Shown here piece by piece: positions 23,466 through 36,800 of a DNA stretch of 64,000 nt. Origin of the DNA: Macrostomum hystrix (lineage: Eukaryota > Animalia > Platyhelminthes). Every line of letters begins with the position of its first letter. Within the stretch, counting starts at the first letter, position 1. Both the position numbers and the translations under genes were made by a program. The notes beneath the pieces were generated by a model that searched no databases, had not been told where the DNA came from, and saw only the letters and a program-made list of their open reading frames with translations. The stretch lies in the NCBI GenBank assembly GCA_950097015.1, contig CATNEN010000034.1, positions 3,968,001-4,032,000 of the forward strand, given 5' to 3'.

Positions 23466-24592
23466 TTAAAAAATAATGTAATATTGTTAGTTCGCTTATA
23501 CATAGATATATAACTTGTTAGACGGAGACACTAGAGATATCCAATGAGGACACGCACATATATATGCATGTATTGTATTATTTATGGATATATTACTCGT
23601 ATATATAACTAATGTGAAAAATGTGATATTAAATAACATATAAGCTTTTATCTTTGCTTTAGATGAGAGGTTCGCTATGCAAGGCGAGTTGCTAGAGAAC
23701 TGAAACAAGAACAAATAATGACGGGGGGAATTATATCTAGATGTCTGGCAAAAAACTATATAAGGTAGATTCTCATCAACAAGAGCATGACACAAAAATA
23801 AATAAGCAGGTTTGTATAGAGAGACAAAGAGACAAACGACACCGTTTATTGTAAGTATGGCCACGAAAAAATAAATGTCGCGTCCGTAAGAAAAAAACTA
23901 AGCAAAACAAAACAAGACACAAAAAATGGAACAAAAACTCGACATTTAGACGGTAAACAGAAAAAAACACCGAAACCAGAAAAAGCAATCGTGCACGATG
24001 ATAATTTTTAGTTTGACAGAAACACATCAATTAGCAGGAGTTTAACAACAAGAATATCTAAGTTTGCTTAGTGATAGATACTTTGATTCCCTGTTTAATG
24101 AGCGTGGGTCGGAGCTGAAGGCGGAACAGAAGATGAAGCAAAGGGCGCTAGTCAAATAAGGATAAGCCCAGTACACAAAAGAATTCAATCAGCGCAAAAA
24201 ACTGTGCGAAAATAGCTGAACAAATCCGGAGAACGCCACACAAGCTAGAGCGGCAGAAACACACAAACAACATTAAACCACACGGGAGCCCAGTGAGGCT
24301 AGTAAAGCCATAACAGCAAAAGCACAGAAAGCAAACAAAATAACAAACAAATCCTAAGTGTTTCATCTATCCAAGTATTCTAACAAAAAAAGATTTAAAA
24401 CAGACACAGCAAAATTCGAACTAATTGTTTTCACATGTAACTACTGATTGCCCTTCTGCCTGAAGCGTATTAAAATTTCTAGAATATTTTTAGCGGTAAT
24501 AATGACTTTTAATAAGCTAGACTATGTAATACCAATGTCGAAAAAATAAGTCCCTACTAAAATGTTAACCAGATTTCAACTAGTTCAACTTT

Positions 24593-27500
24593 CTAAGCGC
24601 GCTTCTTGCGCTGCTCGTGCAGATCGCGGTCGACTTCCGTGAGCTCATTGGTTGCGGCGCCGCCGTCCTGCTGATCGCCCTGGTCGGCCTTGGACTTTCC
24701 GGACCCGACTGAAGCGTTGGGTAGGCGATGAAAGAATTAGGGAGGTGACTTGACTGCGATAGGGAACGGACTGTTCAGGGGAACAATCTGGAGATCTGGG
24801 ATTGGGACTGGACTGGGCAGGGGAACAATCTGGAGATTTGAGATTGGGACTGGACTGGGCAGGGAACCATCTGGAGATCTGGGATTGGGACTGGACTGGG
24901 CAGGGGAACAATCTGGAGATCTGAGATTGGGACTGGACTGTTCAGGGGAACAATCTGGAGATCTGAGATTGGGACTAGACTGTTCAGGGGAACAATCTGG
25001 AGATCTGGGATTGGGACTGGACTGGGCAGGGGAACAATCTGGAGATCTGAGATTGGGACTGGACTGTTCAGGGGAACAATCTGGAGATCTGGGATTGGGA
25101 CTGGACTGTTCAGGGGAACAATCTGGAGATCTGAGATTGGGACTAGACTGTTCAGGGGAACAATCTGGAGATTTGGGATTGGGACTGGACTGTTCAGGGG
25201 AACAATCTGGAGATCTGAGATTGGGACTAGACTGTTCAGGGGAACAATCTGGAGATCTGGGATTGGGACTGGACTGTTCAGGGGAACAATCTGGAGATCT
25301 GAGATTGGGACTAGACTGTTCAGGGGAACAATCTGGAGATCTGAGATTGGGACTAGACTGTTCAGGGGAACAATCTGGAGATCTGAGATTGGGACTGGAC
25401 TGTTCAGGGGAACAATCTGGAGATCTGAGATTGGGACTAGACTGTTCAGGGGAACAATCTGGAGATTTGGGATTGGGACTGGACTGTTCAGGGGAACAAT
25501 CTGGAGATCTGAGATTGGGACTAGACTGTTCAGGGGAACAATCTGGAGATCTGGGATTGGGACTGGACTGTTCAGGGGAACAATCTGGAGATCTGAGATT
25601 GGGACTAGACTGTTCAGGGGAACAATCTGGAGATCTGAGATTGGGACTAGACTGTTCAGGGGAACAATCTGGAGATCTGAGATTGGGACTAGACTGTTCA
25701 GGGGAACAATCTGGAGATCTGAGATTGGGACTGGACTGTTCAGGGGAACAATCTGGAGATCTGAGATTGGGACTGGACTGGGCAGGGGAACAATCTGGAG
25801 ATCTGAGATTGGGACTGGACTGTTCAGGGGAACAATCTGGAGATCTGAGATTGGGACTGGACTGGGCAGGGGAACAATCTGGAGATCTGAGATTGGGACT
25901 GGACTGGGCAGGGGAACAATCTGGAGATCTGAGATTGGGACTGGACTGGGCAGGGAATAATCTGGAGATCTGAGATTGGGACTGGACTGGGCAGGGGAAC
26001 AATCTGGAGATCTGAGATTGGGACTGGACTGGGCAGGGAATAATCTGGAGATCTGAGATTGGGACTGGACTGGGCAGGGAACCATCTGGAGATTTGGGAT
26101 TGGGACTGGACTGGGCGGGGAATAATCTGGAGATCTGAGATTGGGACTGGACTGGGCAGGGAATAATCTGGAGATCTGAGATTGGGACTGGACTGGGCAG
26201 GGAATAATCTGGAGATCTGAGATTGGGACTGTACATGGCAGGGAATAATCAGAGATCTGGAATTAGGAAGTGAGAGGTGATTGGGAACTGGGATATTATG
26301 AGGATCTGGAATTAAGCCAGTAAATAAACTTAGCACTCACTCTTCTTCTGCTTCTTGGGGCTGCGGCTGGAACGCTGGCTAATGTACTCGCGGATGCGCT
26401 TAATGTGAAAGGTGATGAAGTTCCACATTAGGTAGCCCTGCAGCAGGGATAGCAGCAGCAAGCAGTTAATGCGGACTAGGCGAGTGTTGAAGTTGCCTTC
26501 GCGCCAGGCCACGGAGTCAACGGAGTTGCGGTCGAGGCCTAGCATGAAGGTGATGAAGGCCAGGGCAACAGACAGAACACGGACAAGGACGAAAAGTACA
26601 TCCCAGATTAGGAAGCCGAAGCGAGCAATCTTAGTTTTGCCAAAGAAGTAGAGCAGACGGGAGGCGTGATAGATGGATTCCACAAAATAGTGCACAACTA
26701 GCAGTACCATGGCCAGTCGGTTCAGGTGGAGCAGGTAGGCGCCAAGGACGCATACCAGGTAAATCGAGTAGTAGGTTACTCGGCCGGGCATTTCGTCGCG
26801 CTTGACGCGCTGTTGGAAGTTTTTAAGAACTCTAAGATAAATTAAGTCGTCCTCAAACATTAAATTGACTAATTGACTAAAGTTAAGAACTAAATATAAA
26901 AAAATAATTTTACCTGGAAATACAGCTCCGGAAAGCAGTGCAACCAGTAGCAAATCTGGCAGATGAAGTAGAACTTAAACCAGAAGGACATGTACATGTG
27001 CGGATAACCTTCCCACAGTGAGGACACAGATGAGATAAGTTTCTCTCTGTAGATTATGTTGGCGCCCCAAATGGCGCTAATGATGTAGAAAAGAGCCAGA
27101 TGGCCGCTCTCATTCACCTTGCTGTGCTTGGTCTTGGATAGGTGCAGCTTACGATTGACTTTGTCAAGGATGTACTCTTGGATGACAGCATGAATTACGA
27201 TGGCAATTAGGGTGTAGAAAATGACAGCAAGGAGATCACGACGGCCATTAGTATACACTGTCGTGTCCTTATCGATTTCTGTGGTGCCTAAAATTAAGAT
27301 TTAAAGTTTAAAGACTGTGGCTAATAAACTCGAAAACTGCCTCTGAAGGAGCATATTAAAAACTTTTTTGTTAAACAGAGTGTAAAGAACCAGAAAATAT
27401 TTTTAAGGTAATTACTTACCATTAGTAGTTGCATTGTGCTGAATGATGATGAACAGCTTGGCAATAGGAGCTGTGAACTAAAATTGGTTGTTAAGGTCAA

Positions 27501-29035
27501 GGAAATAAAAGTAATTTCAAGCCAAACTAGGTAATTATAAAAGGCGAAAACACTGCAACAATTCAAAAGATTCAAATTTTATTATTTTAAATTAAAAAAA
27601 AAGAAAAGAAAATTATGGGGGAATTATGTCTAGACTTTTGATGACAACAATTTTGAAAGTGATAATTTTAGGGAATTTTTTGTTTGATGTTAAGTAAATA
27701 TTAGCTGGTTAAAAAGAGGTATGCTACTACTTAGCTCTTTTGTGAATATATAGCTTTTATATTCTACTAAAAGTTTCTATCTAGTTTAAATTAGAAAGCC
27801 AACTATTTATAAAATATATACACTAAGCTAATAAGCAAATATAACCAGCTATAGACAATGAACAGTTACAATTGTTATCAATACCATAGATATAGCTAGG
27901 GATGGGACATATATTCAATATGAGTAGAAGTAGTTGATTCTAAACTAAAAATGCTATGCTTTAAATGCTAGTAGTATTTAATTGGTACCTGGACACTTCG
28001 TCATTTTACAACTTTGTCAACCAGATGACGATCTGTCCAATATCTCAGAGGGTGGATGACGAAGAGACTTAGACTTGTGGACACTTCGTTAGGCCTATCT
28101 ATAAAACTAAAGTTTTCAAAGTTAGAACAGAACCACCCCTCCCCACCTCCTCACATCGTGTTGGCACCTATCTTTCAACTCTTATAATGAAATCAGTTTT
28201 GACACCTCTTTTGACAATTTAGAGTGTGAAGTGTGCTCACACCTCTGCCCCACCACCCCATCCTCACTTTTATTGATGACGAACTTGATTGCTTGTTATT
28301 AGTAGATGATGAACTGACCAAACTTTAAAGCATGCCAATTGGCTGGATGACAAAGTGTCCTACCTTCCAAGTGGATGAAGAAGTTGTAAGATGACGAAGT
28401 GTCTAGGATCCATTTAATTATCTTAAGTAGCTAATGTCATGATCTAATCATAGTCTGTTAGTCCATAGGCCCTACTGTTAAGTGCAAGATAATTGGATTT
28501 ATCAGGTCTCAATTATTGAAAGACATGCCATACCAAGGCAAAAAATCTGCCATATGAGTTGACTCCTTAAAGTGACTCGATCAAAATTCTTATAGCTAAA
28601 GAAAAATCATCTCAGAAGTCAATAGAGTCCAAATAACATTTTTCTGTCTGGTCTGTATGTGATTGTCTATAGATCAGAATAAAATGTTTGATATAATTAA
28701 TAGGCCCTTAGTTAGACGTTTCAACCTACAGGCAATATTCAAGCAAATTACGCACAAATAGCTGGCTTGTGATCTTTAGGAGTTTAAGCAAGCAACATGT
28801 TTAACGTGTACAAGCAAATTAAAAAGGAAACTAATAGCTTTAATAATGAACGAATTAACGACTACTTAAAATTTAATTTGAACTGTCAAATATATTCATC
28901 TCCGTTTATTACCTGGAACATCAGACCCAGAACAATTATCATAGCAATAAAGCTAACTATGTCGCCATGATTAGCAATAATGTACTCATTTGAGAAGTAA
29001 GAGACATTCTTGTTCTTCTTCTTTCCAGGCTTCAT
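24593..29035 (-). CDS. TRAM1: Translocating chain-associated membrane protein (TRAM/TLC domain), 5 exons, ~379 aa
   Basis: Exons 29035-28913, 27477-27420, 27287-26914, 26809-26341, 24708-24593 join in phase (1140 nt); NHGDIVSF, LHLSKTKHSK(V)NESG, LWEGYPH, YWLHCFPELYFQ, EGNFNT motifs. An in-frame ATG at 29044 is an alternative start. Confidence 0.95.
24762..26235 (+). repeat. 42-bp minisatellite in TRAM intron 4
   Basis: GGGACTGGACTGTTCAGGGGAACAATCTGGAGATCTGAGATT; explains the 400-500 aa repeat ORFs here. Confidence 0.97.
27984..28411. mobile_element. MITE (428 bp) with ~30-40-bp TIRs and 8-bp TSD, in TRAM intron 1
   Basis: Left GGTACCTGGACACTTCGTCATTTTACAACTT; right (rev. comp.) GGATCCTAGACACTTCGTCATCTTACAACTT; ATTTAATT on both flanks (27976-27983, 28412-28419). 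Confidence 0.88.
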
Positions 29036-30416
29036 GTAAGTCATGATGAGTTCTTTTGTTTTATCTATTAATGGGAGACAGTAGTCTTTCAAGCCAGTTC
29101 TAAATTAGATCTATCAAGATGAACGCCTGTAAATAGACAAATATGTCGTCGTATTATAAGAGTTCGCGCCTTGGCGAAATGACTTGTCAATTCTCTTGAA
29201 ATTTAAATTTCACGGTTCGTTGATGCTCGTTATTAACGACTTTCCTACTTTTTAATGGTCTTAGATGCACATTGTGTTGAAAATGTCAAAATTACGGGTA
29301 AATATATTATTCTGACATTTTAAGAACAATAATCTAGTTTTTTATTCAATTTAGTTTAATTGGGCCCATATATTTTAGATTGATTTTTTATATTAAAGGA
29401 CATGACTGGAGAACCAAATATTGAACAAATACAAGGCTCTTTCATTGTTCTTTAGTGAAATATTTACTGAAAAAATATCCATTTGCTGTCGCTCAATATT
29501 GTCCTATCTTTAAGTAAAACAGCAGTAAGAGCAAACGTGAGAGACCATTTGATAAAATTTCACTGAGAATTTTAAAGCACTCAAGAATTCGAAGACAGCT
29601 GTTGCTGATATGGCTTTTGCGAAGCAACAAGAGAAACGACAAATAATTATCGCATCCTATACGAATTGCTATAGATGCCTTAATAAATTAAATTTGCATG
29701 TCGCCGTAGTTTAGATTTTTCAGAATTTTTGACATTCGAGCGTATATTTTCTGTATAAACTTGTCGTAGAAGACCAAAATGGTTCAAATGATAAAAAAAT
29801 GCAGAGATTACACGCTTGCCCTCAAACCAAAAATATAAAACCTATACATTCCCGGCCCGCATTTAGGGTATTAAATCACATGTCCAAAAGATGCCACTGA
29901 ATAAACATTTATGTAGCTCGTAGTAATATAATTTACGGAAATATAACTAAACTATAAATGCAGCAGCATAAGAGTTGAACATGAACGTTCATCACGATAT
30001 AACTTGTCGTAGTTTTCCAATCTCGTTGATTTTCTCGATTGCACACTAAGATATGCTATATACGCTCGTACGAGGTGCAATCATGTATTCGCATTAAATT
30101 CATATTGAATTCTTGCACTCTGGGGTGGGAATCAATATTTTCTAAGTTAACATGCATGTGATTCAGCACATGACCTGCGTATAGTTTTCGATGTGGATTG
30201 CTTTACTCGAGACCCGATCCAGCAGAGTTACTAAGCCACACTGCTATGTACGAGCTATTGACTGGTTCCTCATTGGATAATACTTCATGGTTCTATGGAT
30301 GTAGAGTTGCTCGATCGCCTGCCTAGCTATATTACTCTTAGCTGTCTGGAGCTCCAACTGAGAGTAAAGAATTTGTTTTGTGACTAATCTTTCATTGTCG
30401 GAGCCAGAGAAAAATA

Positions 30417-31953
30417 ATGTCAGGAATTTACAGCGCTGTCGAACGAGGCTCACTTTACTCGGCGGATTACGCCATGTACTTGACCGGACCGGATGGACCG
30501 ATATCGCCATTTCACGACATCCCATTGTACGCCAACTGCGAACAAACCGAGGTGCACATGGTCGTCGAGATTCCCAGATGGAGCAGCGCCAAGATGGAGA
30601 TCAACAAGACGCTTCCGTTGAATCCCATCACGCAGGATGTCAAGCGAGGCCGAGTCCGCTTCGTTGATAGCGTGTTCCCCTACCGGGGCTACCTGTGGAA
30701 CTACGGCGCCCTGCCTCAGACCTGGGAGGATCCAAGCCACACAGACATTCGCACCGGCGCCACTGGTGACAATGATCCGCTGGATGTCTGCGAAATTGGC
30801 AGCCGGCTAGGCGCTCGCGGCTCCGTGCTGCGCGTCCGACCGCTTGGCCTGCTGGGCCTCATCGATGAGGGCGAGACCGACTGGAAGGTGCTGGCCATCG
30901 ACACAAGTGATCCGATGGCCGACAAGCTGCAAGATATCGACGATGTGCAGCTCTATATGCCTGGCCTGCTGGAGGCAACTCTGAACTGGTTTCGCAACTA
31001 CAAGGTTCGTGTTCAAGTCTTACGAAGCTCAACGCCTCACAGCATACGCACTTTAAAGAAGTGGTTACATCATCAATTTCAGTCGCTTGTTCAAACTCAC
31101 AGACCGAATGTGCAAATTAATCTGTCTGCGATCAATGATTCGCACAAATACTTGCTCAAAAGTATTATACCAAAAAATATAATATAAAAATAATTGAAGG
31201 AGGGCTGCAGGCAATGGCATATCACTAGACCCGAAGCCAGCGAGGAGGCAAAGGATCGAGGCAATTCTGCCCATTTTTCTGATTTCTGAGCACACACGCA
31301 CACAGCAAACGCTCACACAGGTGTGTACATCTGCGCTGACTTTCTCATCGTCAGGCAGTGTACACTCTCATTGTGTCTTGGAGGTTGGCCCTCAAGGGCG
31401 TAAATTGCACGACAAGCCCCCAAGCCTTCTCTCCGCGGCTGCGCCCCAAATAAATGTGGCCTCCCCGTGGAATTGAACTTAGGGACCTTGGTGCGAGAGG
31501 CAAACGTGTTAACCGCTCTGCCACCGACCCCGAAGTATTATACCATTAAATATTTAAAAAGTTAAACGGGTGGACGTGTACCAAAATGATGTTCAATGAT
31601 GATGTGATGTGTTATTTTGATGATTTGCTATTTCAATGCACTTTTGATTGCATATTTTTTTTGGATTCCAGGTGCCCCAAGGTGGGCAACCAAACCGGTT
31701 CGCCTTCGAAGAGGAATTTCGTGACGCCGCGTTGGCCATCGATGTGATCGCCGAGACACACCGACAGTGGCGGGCCATGATGAGCAGGGCCATTGATTCA
31801 GGCGGTATGAGCTGCAAGCACACCACTGAATCCGTTGAGGCCGGTGCAGACCGTTTGAGTCGCAAAGATGCGGATGCTATTGTTGACGCCTCGCCGCCCC
31901 CTGGCAAGCCTCATCCGCTGCCGACCACTGTGGATGTGTGGCATTTCGTCTAA
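30417..31953 (+). CDS. PPA1: Family I soluble inorganic pyrophosphatase (PPA1/PPA2 family), 2 exons, 289 aa
   Basis: Exons 30417-31004 and 31672-31953; ISPFHDIPL, VVEIPRW, NYGALPQTWEDP, DNDPLDV signature, LIDEGETDWK. No mitochondrial presequence evident; paralog assignment tentative. Confidence 0.95.
31173..31531 (-). mobile_element. SINE family A copy 3 in the PPase intron, with near-perfect TSD
   Basis: Full head GGGGTCGGTGGCAGAGCGG; flanks AAGTATTATACCA (31160-31172) and AAGTATTATTACCA (31533-31546). Confidence 0.92.
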
Positions 31954-32044
31954 AATACGCACAGGCGTATTGTGACTAACGAATGCTGGGTTAATGGCCT
32001 AGAGGACTACCTGACTAGTGGTTTTCGTAGTGGTTCTTTGGCTA

Positions 32045-33295
32045 ATGGTTTGAGAGAGGACAGTTGGTACTGTGAGTGACGGATGCTGCGCTATGGTTTG
32101 AGAGAGGACAGTTGGTACTGTGAGTGACGGATGCTGGGCTATGGTTTGAGAGAGGACAGTTGGTACTTTGAGTGACGGATGCTGGGCTATGGTTTGAGAG
32201 AGGACAGTTGGTACTGTGAGTGACGGATGCTGGGCTATGTTTTGAGAGAGGACAGTTGGTACTTTGAGTGACGGATGCTGGGCTATGGTTTGAGAGAGGA
32301 CAGTTGGTACTGTGAGTGACGGATGCTGGGCTATGGTTTGAGAGAGGACAGTTGGTACTGTGAGTGACGGATGCTGGGCTATGGTTTGAGAGAGGACAGT
32401 TGGTACTGTGAGTGACGGATGCTGGGCTATGGTTTGAGAGAGGACAGCTGGTACTGTGAGTGACGGATGCTGGGCTATGGTTTGAGAGAGGACAGTTGGT
32501 ACTTTGAGTGACGGATGCTGGGCTATGGTTTGAGAGAGGACAGTTGGTAGTGTGAGTGACGGATGCTGGGCTATGGTTTGAGAGAGGACAGTTGGTACTT
32601 TGAGTGACGGATGCTGGGCTATGGTTTGAGAGAGGACAGTTGGTACTGTGAGTGACGGATGCTGGGCTATGGTTTGAGAGAGGACAGTTGGTACTGTGAG
32701 TGACGGATGCTGGGCTATGGTTTGAGAGAGGACAGTTGGTACTGTGAGTGACGGATGCTGGGCTATGGTTTGAGAGAGGACAGTTGGTACTGTGAGTGAC
32801 GGATGCTGGGCTATGGTTTGAGAGAGGACAGTTGGTACTGTGAGTGACGGATGCTGGGCTATGGTTTGAGAGAGGACAGTTGGTACTGTGAGTGACGGAT
32901 GCTGGGCTATGGTTTGAGAGAGGACAGTTGGTACTGTGAGTGACGGATGCTGGGCTATGGTTTGAGAGAGGACAGTTGGTACTGTGAGTGACGGATGCTG
33001 GGCTATGGTTTGAGAGAGGACAGTTGGTACTGTGAGTGACGGATGCTGGGCTATGGTTTGAGAGAGGACAGTTGGTACTGTGAGTGACGGATGCTGGGCT
33101 ATGGTTTGAGAGAGGACAGTTGGTACTGTGAGTGACGGATGCTGGGCTATGGTTTGAGAGAGGACAGTTGGTACTGTGAGTGACGGATGCTGGGCTATGG
33201 TTTGAGAGAGGACAGTTGGTACTGTGAGTGACGGATGCTGGGCTATGGTTTGAGAGAGGACAGTTGGTACTGTGAGTGACGGATGCTGGGCTAAG
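32045..33295 (+). repeat. 48-bp minisatellite, ~26 highly homogeneous copies
   Basis: GGATGCTGGGCTATGGTTTGAGAGAGGACAGTTGGTACTGTGAGTGAC. Confidence 0.97.
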
Positions 33296-33833
33296 GTGTA
33301 AAGTGAGTTGATGCTGTGAATTATTCCGTAGATGTGTCTTCACTCGTGCACGTCTGCATTTTTTTATTCCAGTAGTTTTAGCACAACAGAGTACAACACC
33401 AACAGAGATACTTTTTGTACGAGCGTAATAGTCAGCAAAATGTAGAAAACTACTTTTTATATATTTGGACAGCTGTTTAATCTCTCTTTCGGGATTTAGC
33501 AACAACTGATAAATGTAACCGATTCATTGTCAGAGGAAAATAAGCAGCACTTGGAATTTCTGAATCAGGCGTTGATTTTTGTACCGCATCCATGACCTAG
33601 AAACTTTGTGCTCAAATCTTTTTTGCGATTTCGATTGCAAAACGCTCACCGCAACAAGATTAGAAGGCCTGTCTGCACAAGCATGAGCGGCTGTCAGTAT
33701 AATTATGCATGGCTTTGAGTCCATCTACACGGCAAGGATTGGAGCAGTCTCATTTGCATGCTCGGGAGCTCAAGATTTTTAACGAGCTTGGCTAACGAGC
33801 ACCGACCAAAGCGAGCTAGCAACAACCGACGCA

Positions 33834-33847
33834 GTTGCTATGGTAAC
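33834..33847 (+). promoter_or_regulatory. RFX X-box (GTTGCTATGGTAAC)
   Basis: Matches the X-box consensus GTTNCY-AT-GGNAAC; 30 bp upstream of the ATG at 33877. Confidence 0.75.
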
Positions 33848-33876
33848 CTATTTAGGCAAAGAATGCGAGAGTTAAG

Positions 33877-36800
33877 ATGAGGGAAGAAGACAAACGCGAA
33901 GATGGGATTTGGAATGCAGACAGTTCCAGGTGGGTATTTTCCCATGAGAATGCTCGAACCCTGCAGTGCAGTGCAGAGACTAATCCTTTGAACAGTAGGA
34001 AAATCGGTAATATGAGATCCGAGAAGAAATTATTCTAAAGAGACAAGAAAAAAGCAAGTAGGACTCGTGCTAAAACACCAATCAATTCGTTCTACCCAAT
34101 CACTACAGAAAAACTAGCAAATGTGACTCGATCCTTAAACAGGAACAATTCTAGGCGATTAGGACTCAATGCTTACTTTCTACTCGCGTCAGTTTCAATG
34201 ATTCTGCACTGACTCCAATTCCACCAACCGCAGTTTCGGATTCAAGTTTTTCTCAGAATTGAGCAAAGTCGGAAGTCGCGAAGCCAATATACTCATAGAC
34301 TCATAGAAAATAGGGCCTCCAAACTGGTCTCAGCCACACCGATGAGCACTTTCTCTCATCTGGCAACAATAGAACAATGAGTAAAATGGAGACGATGGCT
34401 CTCAATCAGTCTTTTCAATGACTTCCCGTCGGCTAAGCACGGTTACGCCGGGGAAAAACAAAGCTGTCAGATCCCCCGGGGGTGGCGGCATTGTTCCCGA
34501 TAGACAATGCGATCCCCAATTTGCGGCGGATTGAAGATTTTATGTTGCTAGGCGCGGTATATGACCTGATCCGGCCTATCTTTCCAGTTTCACATCCTCG
34601 CCATTTACAATGACCGATGGAAGCTATAAATAGCGGGCAAGCCAGCTCGTGAAACTCAGCAGAAACGTTCCAAATTATGTTCTTACCTAACTAAACTCGC
34701 ACCTGAACAAGAAACACATGTCGGCCTCATCTGTTTCGCGATCGTCCAGCTTCTCTAGCCCGGCCATCAACGGCTCAGAGAGTGCAGCCTTTCGCGGTCA
34801 CCCACCGTCAGCGTCAGCGAGACGGCGCTTACGATTTGCCGTGTGCGTAAAGAAAAACTGATGCGCAGCCTGACATGCTATTTGTACTGTAAAATCGTGT
34901 CGCCGCGGTCCCTAAGCTCGATTCCGCGGCGAGGCCACATTCATTTGGGGCGCAGCCGCGGAGAGAAGGCAAGGCTAGCAATTTACGCCCTAGACGGCCA
35001 ACCTCCTAGAGATTGTGAAAGTGTTTACCACCTAGCGATGAGGAAATCAGAGCAGATGTACACACCTGTTTGAGCGTGTGTCTGTGTACGGTATCTGTGT
35101 GCGTGTGTGCTCAGGAGTCAGCGAAATGGGCAGAATTGCATTCTCTCTGTCTGCCGGTTCACTGTCGCGTCAGTGCCCCTGCAAATTGTTATTATTGAGT
35201 TTCTGAAAAAATTCGTGATGATTCAAATACAACAACTCAGAGATCAAAATCCACGAGCGAAAAGTCTGCCATCGGGTCCAACAAGACATCAGCAGCAGGT
35301 GCGGCAGCAGCAGCAGCAGCAGCTGTCAACGGCACTACCTGGAATAAGTTTTCCAAAAAGTGAGCTCCGCATAAAACAGTCGGCCGGATGCAAGTCCGCT
35401 CAAAGCAGCCGCGAGTACCTCAGCCTAGTAACGGCTCCGCCAATCATTAGACAGCAGCGACATCGGCTGGTGCGTCGAGAACGTCGGCGACCACCGAGCG
35501 TGTTCCCTGGCTGGTGCTACGGCTGCCGTCTCTGCATGGGCTGCGCTCTGCTGGCTCAGCCGCAGTGAGTTGCTGCAACTAAAAGGACTCTGCATTCTGA
35601 TTCCAGGGCAAAGAGTCTTAAAAAATTGATGCGCAAAAATTTTAGGCCAGTTGTCACAATTTTTTGTTATTTATTTTAGCCTGCATCGCAATCGGACAGA
35701 TCAGCTGAGCGGTTGCTATGGCAACTGGGGTAAACGGAATGCTCTGACTGCGTCTGAGGAGCGCCTACTGAGCGGCGCCCATCCAAGGCGAGGAGTAAGC
35801 GAGAATGACGGCGATCGGGCGAATAGATCGACTTTGGCTTCTGCTGACTGTGAGCCAAACTAGTAGTGAGCAGTATAGTAGTAGTAGCAGTAGTAGTAGT
35901 AGTATAGTAGTAGTAGTATAGTAGTAGTAGTAGTAGCAGTAGTAGTAGCAGTATAGTAGTAGTAGTAGTAGTAGTAGCAGCAGTAGTAGCAGTAGTAGTA
36001 GTAGTATAGTAGTAGTAGTAGTAGTAGTAGCAGCAGTAGTAGCAGTAGTAGTAGTATAGTAGTAGTAGTAGTAGTAGCAGTAGTAGTAGCAGTAGTAGTA
36101 GTATAGTAGTAGTAGTTGTTGTTGTATTCGTAGTAGTAGCAGTAGTAGTAGTTGTAACAGTAGCAGTAGTTGTAGCAGTAGTAGTAGTAACAGTAGCAGT
36201 AGTTGTAGCAGTAGTAGTAGTATTGTAGTAGTAGTAGTAGTAGTATAGTAGTAGTAGCAGTAGTAGTAGTAGTAGTAGCAGTTGTTGTTGTAACAGTAGC
36301 AGTAGTTGTAGCAGTAGTAGTAGTATTGTAGTAGTAGTAGTAGTATAGTAGTAGTAGCAGTAGTAGTAGTAGTATAGTAGTAGTAGTATAGTAGTAGTAG
36401 TAGTAGCAGTAGTAGTAGCAGTATAGTAGTAGTAGTAGTAGTAGTAGCAGCAGTAGTAGCAGTAGTAGTAGTAGTATAGTAGTAGTAGTAGTAGTAGTAG
36501 TAGCAGCAGTAGTAGCAGTAGTAGTAGTATAGTAGTAGTAGTAGTAGTAGCAGTAGTAGTAGCAGTAGTAGTAGTATAGTAGTAGTAGTTGTTGTTGTAT
36601 TCGTAGTAGTAGCAGTAGTAGTAGTTGTAACAGTAGCAGTAGTTGTAGCAGTAGTAGTAGTAGTAACAGTAGCAGTAGTTGTAGCAGTAGTAGTAGTATT
36701 GTAGTAGTAGTAGTAGTAGTATAGTAGTAGTAGCAGTAGTAGTAGTAGTAGCAGTTGTTGTTGTAACAGTAGCAGTAGTTGTAGCAGTAGTAGTAGTATT

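Noticed and set aside
23688-23700. GTTGCTAGAGAAC X-box-like site
   Set aside because: Single imperfect match, with no evidence of a nearby transcription start.
24737-26336. 400-500 aa ORFs in several frames
   Set aside because: 42-bp array inside TRAM intron 4; the flanking exons splice in phase across it.
32042-33505. 487-aa ORF and CRISPR-like regular spacing
   Set aside because: Contiguous identical 48-bp units with no unique spacers and no cas genes; eukaryotic context. The same applies to all other arrays.
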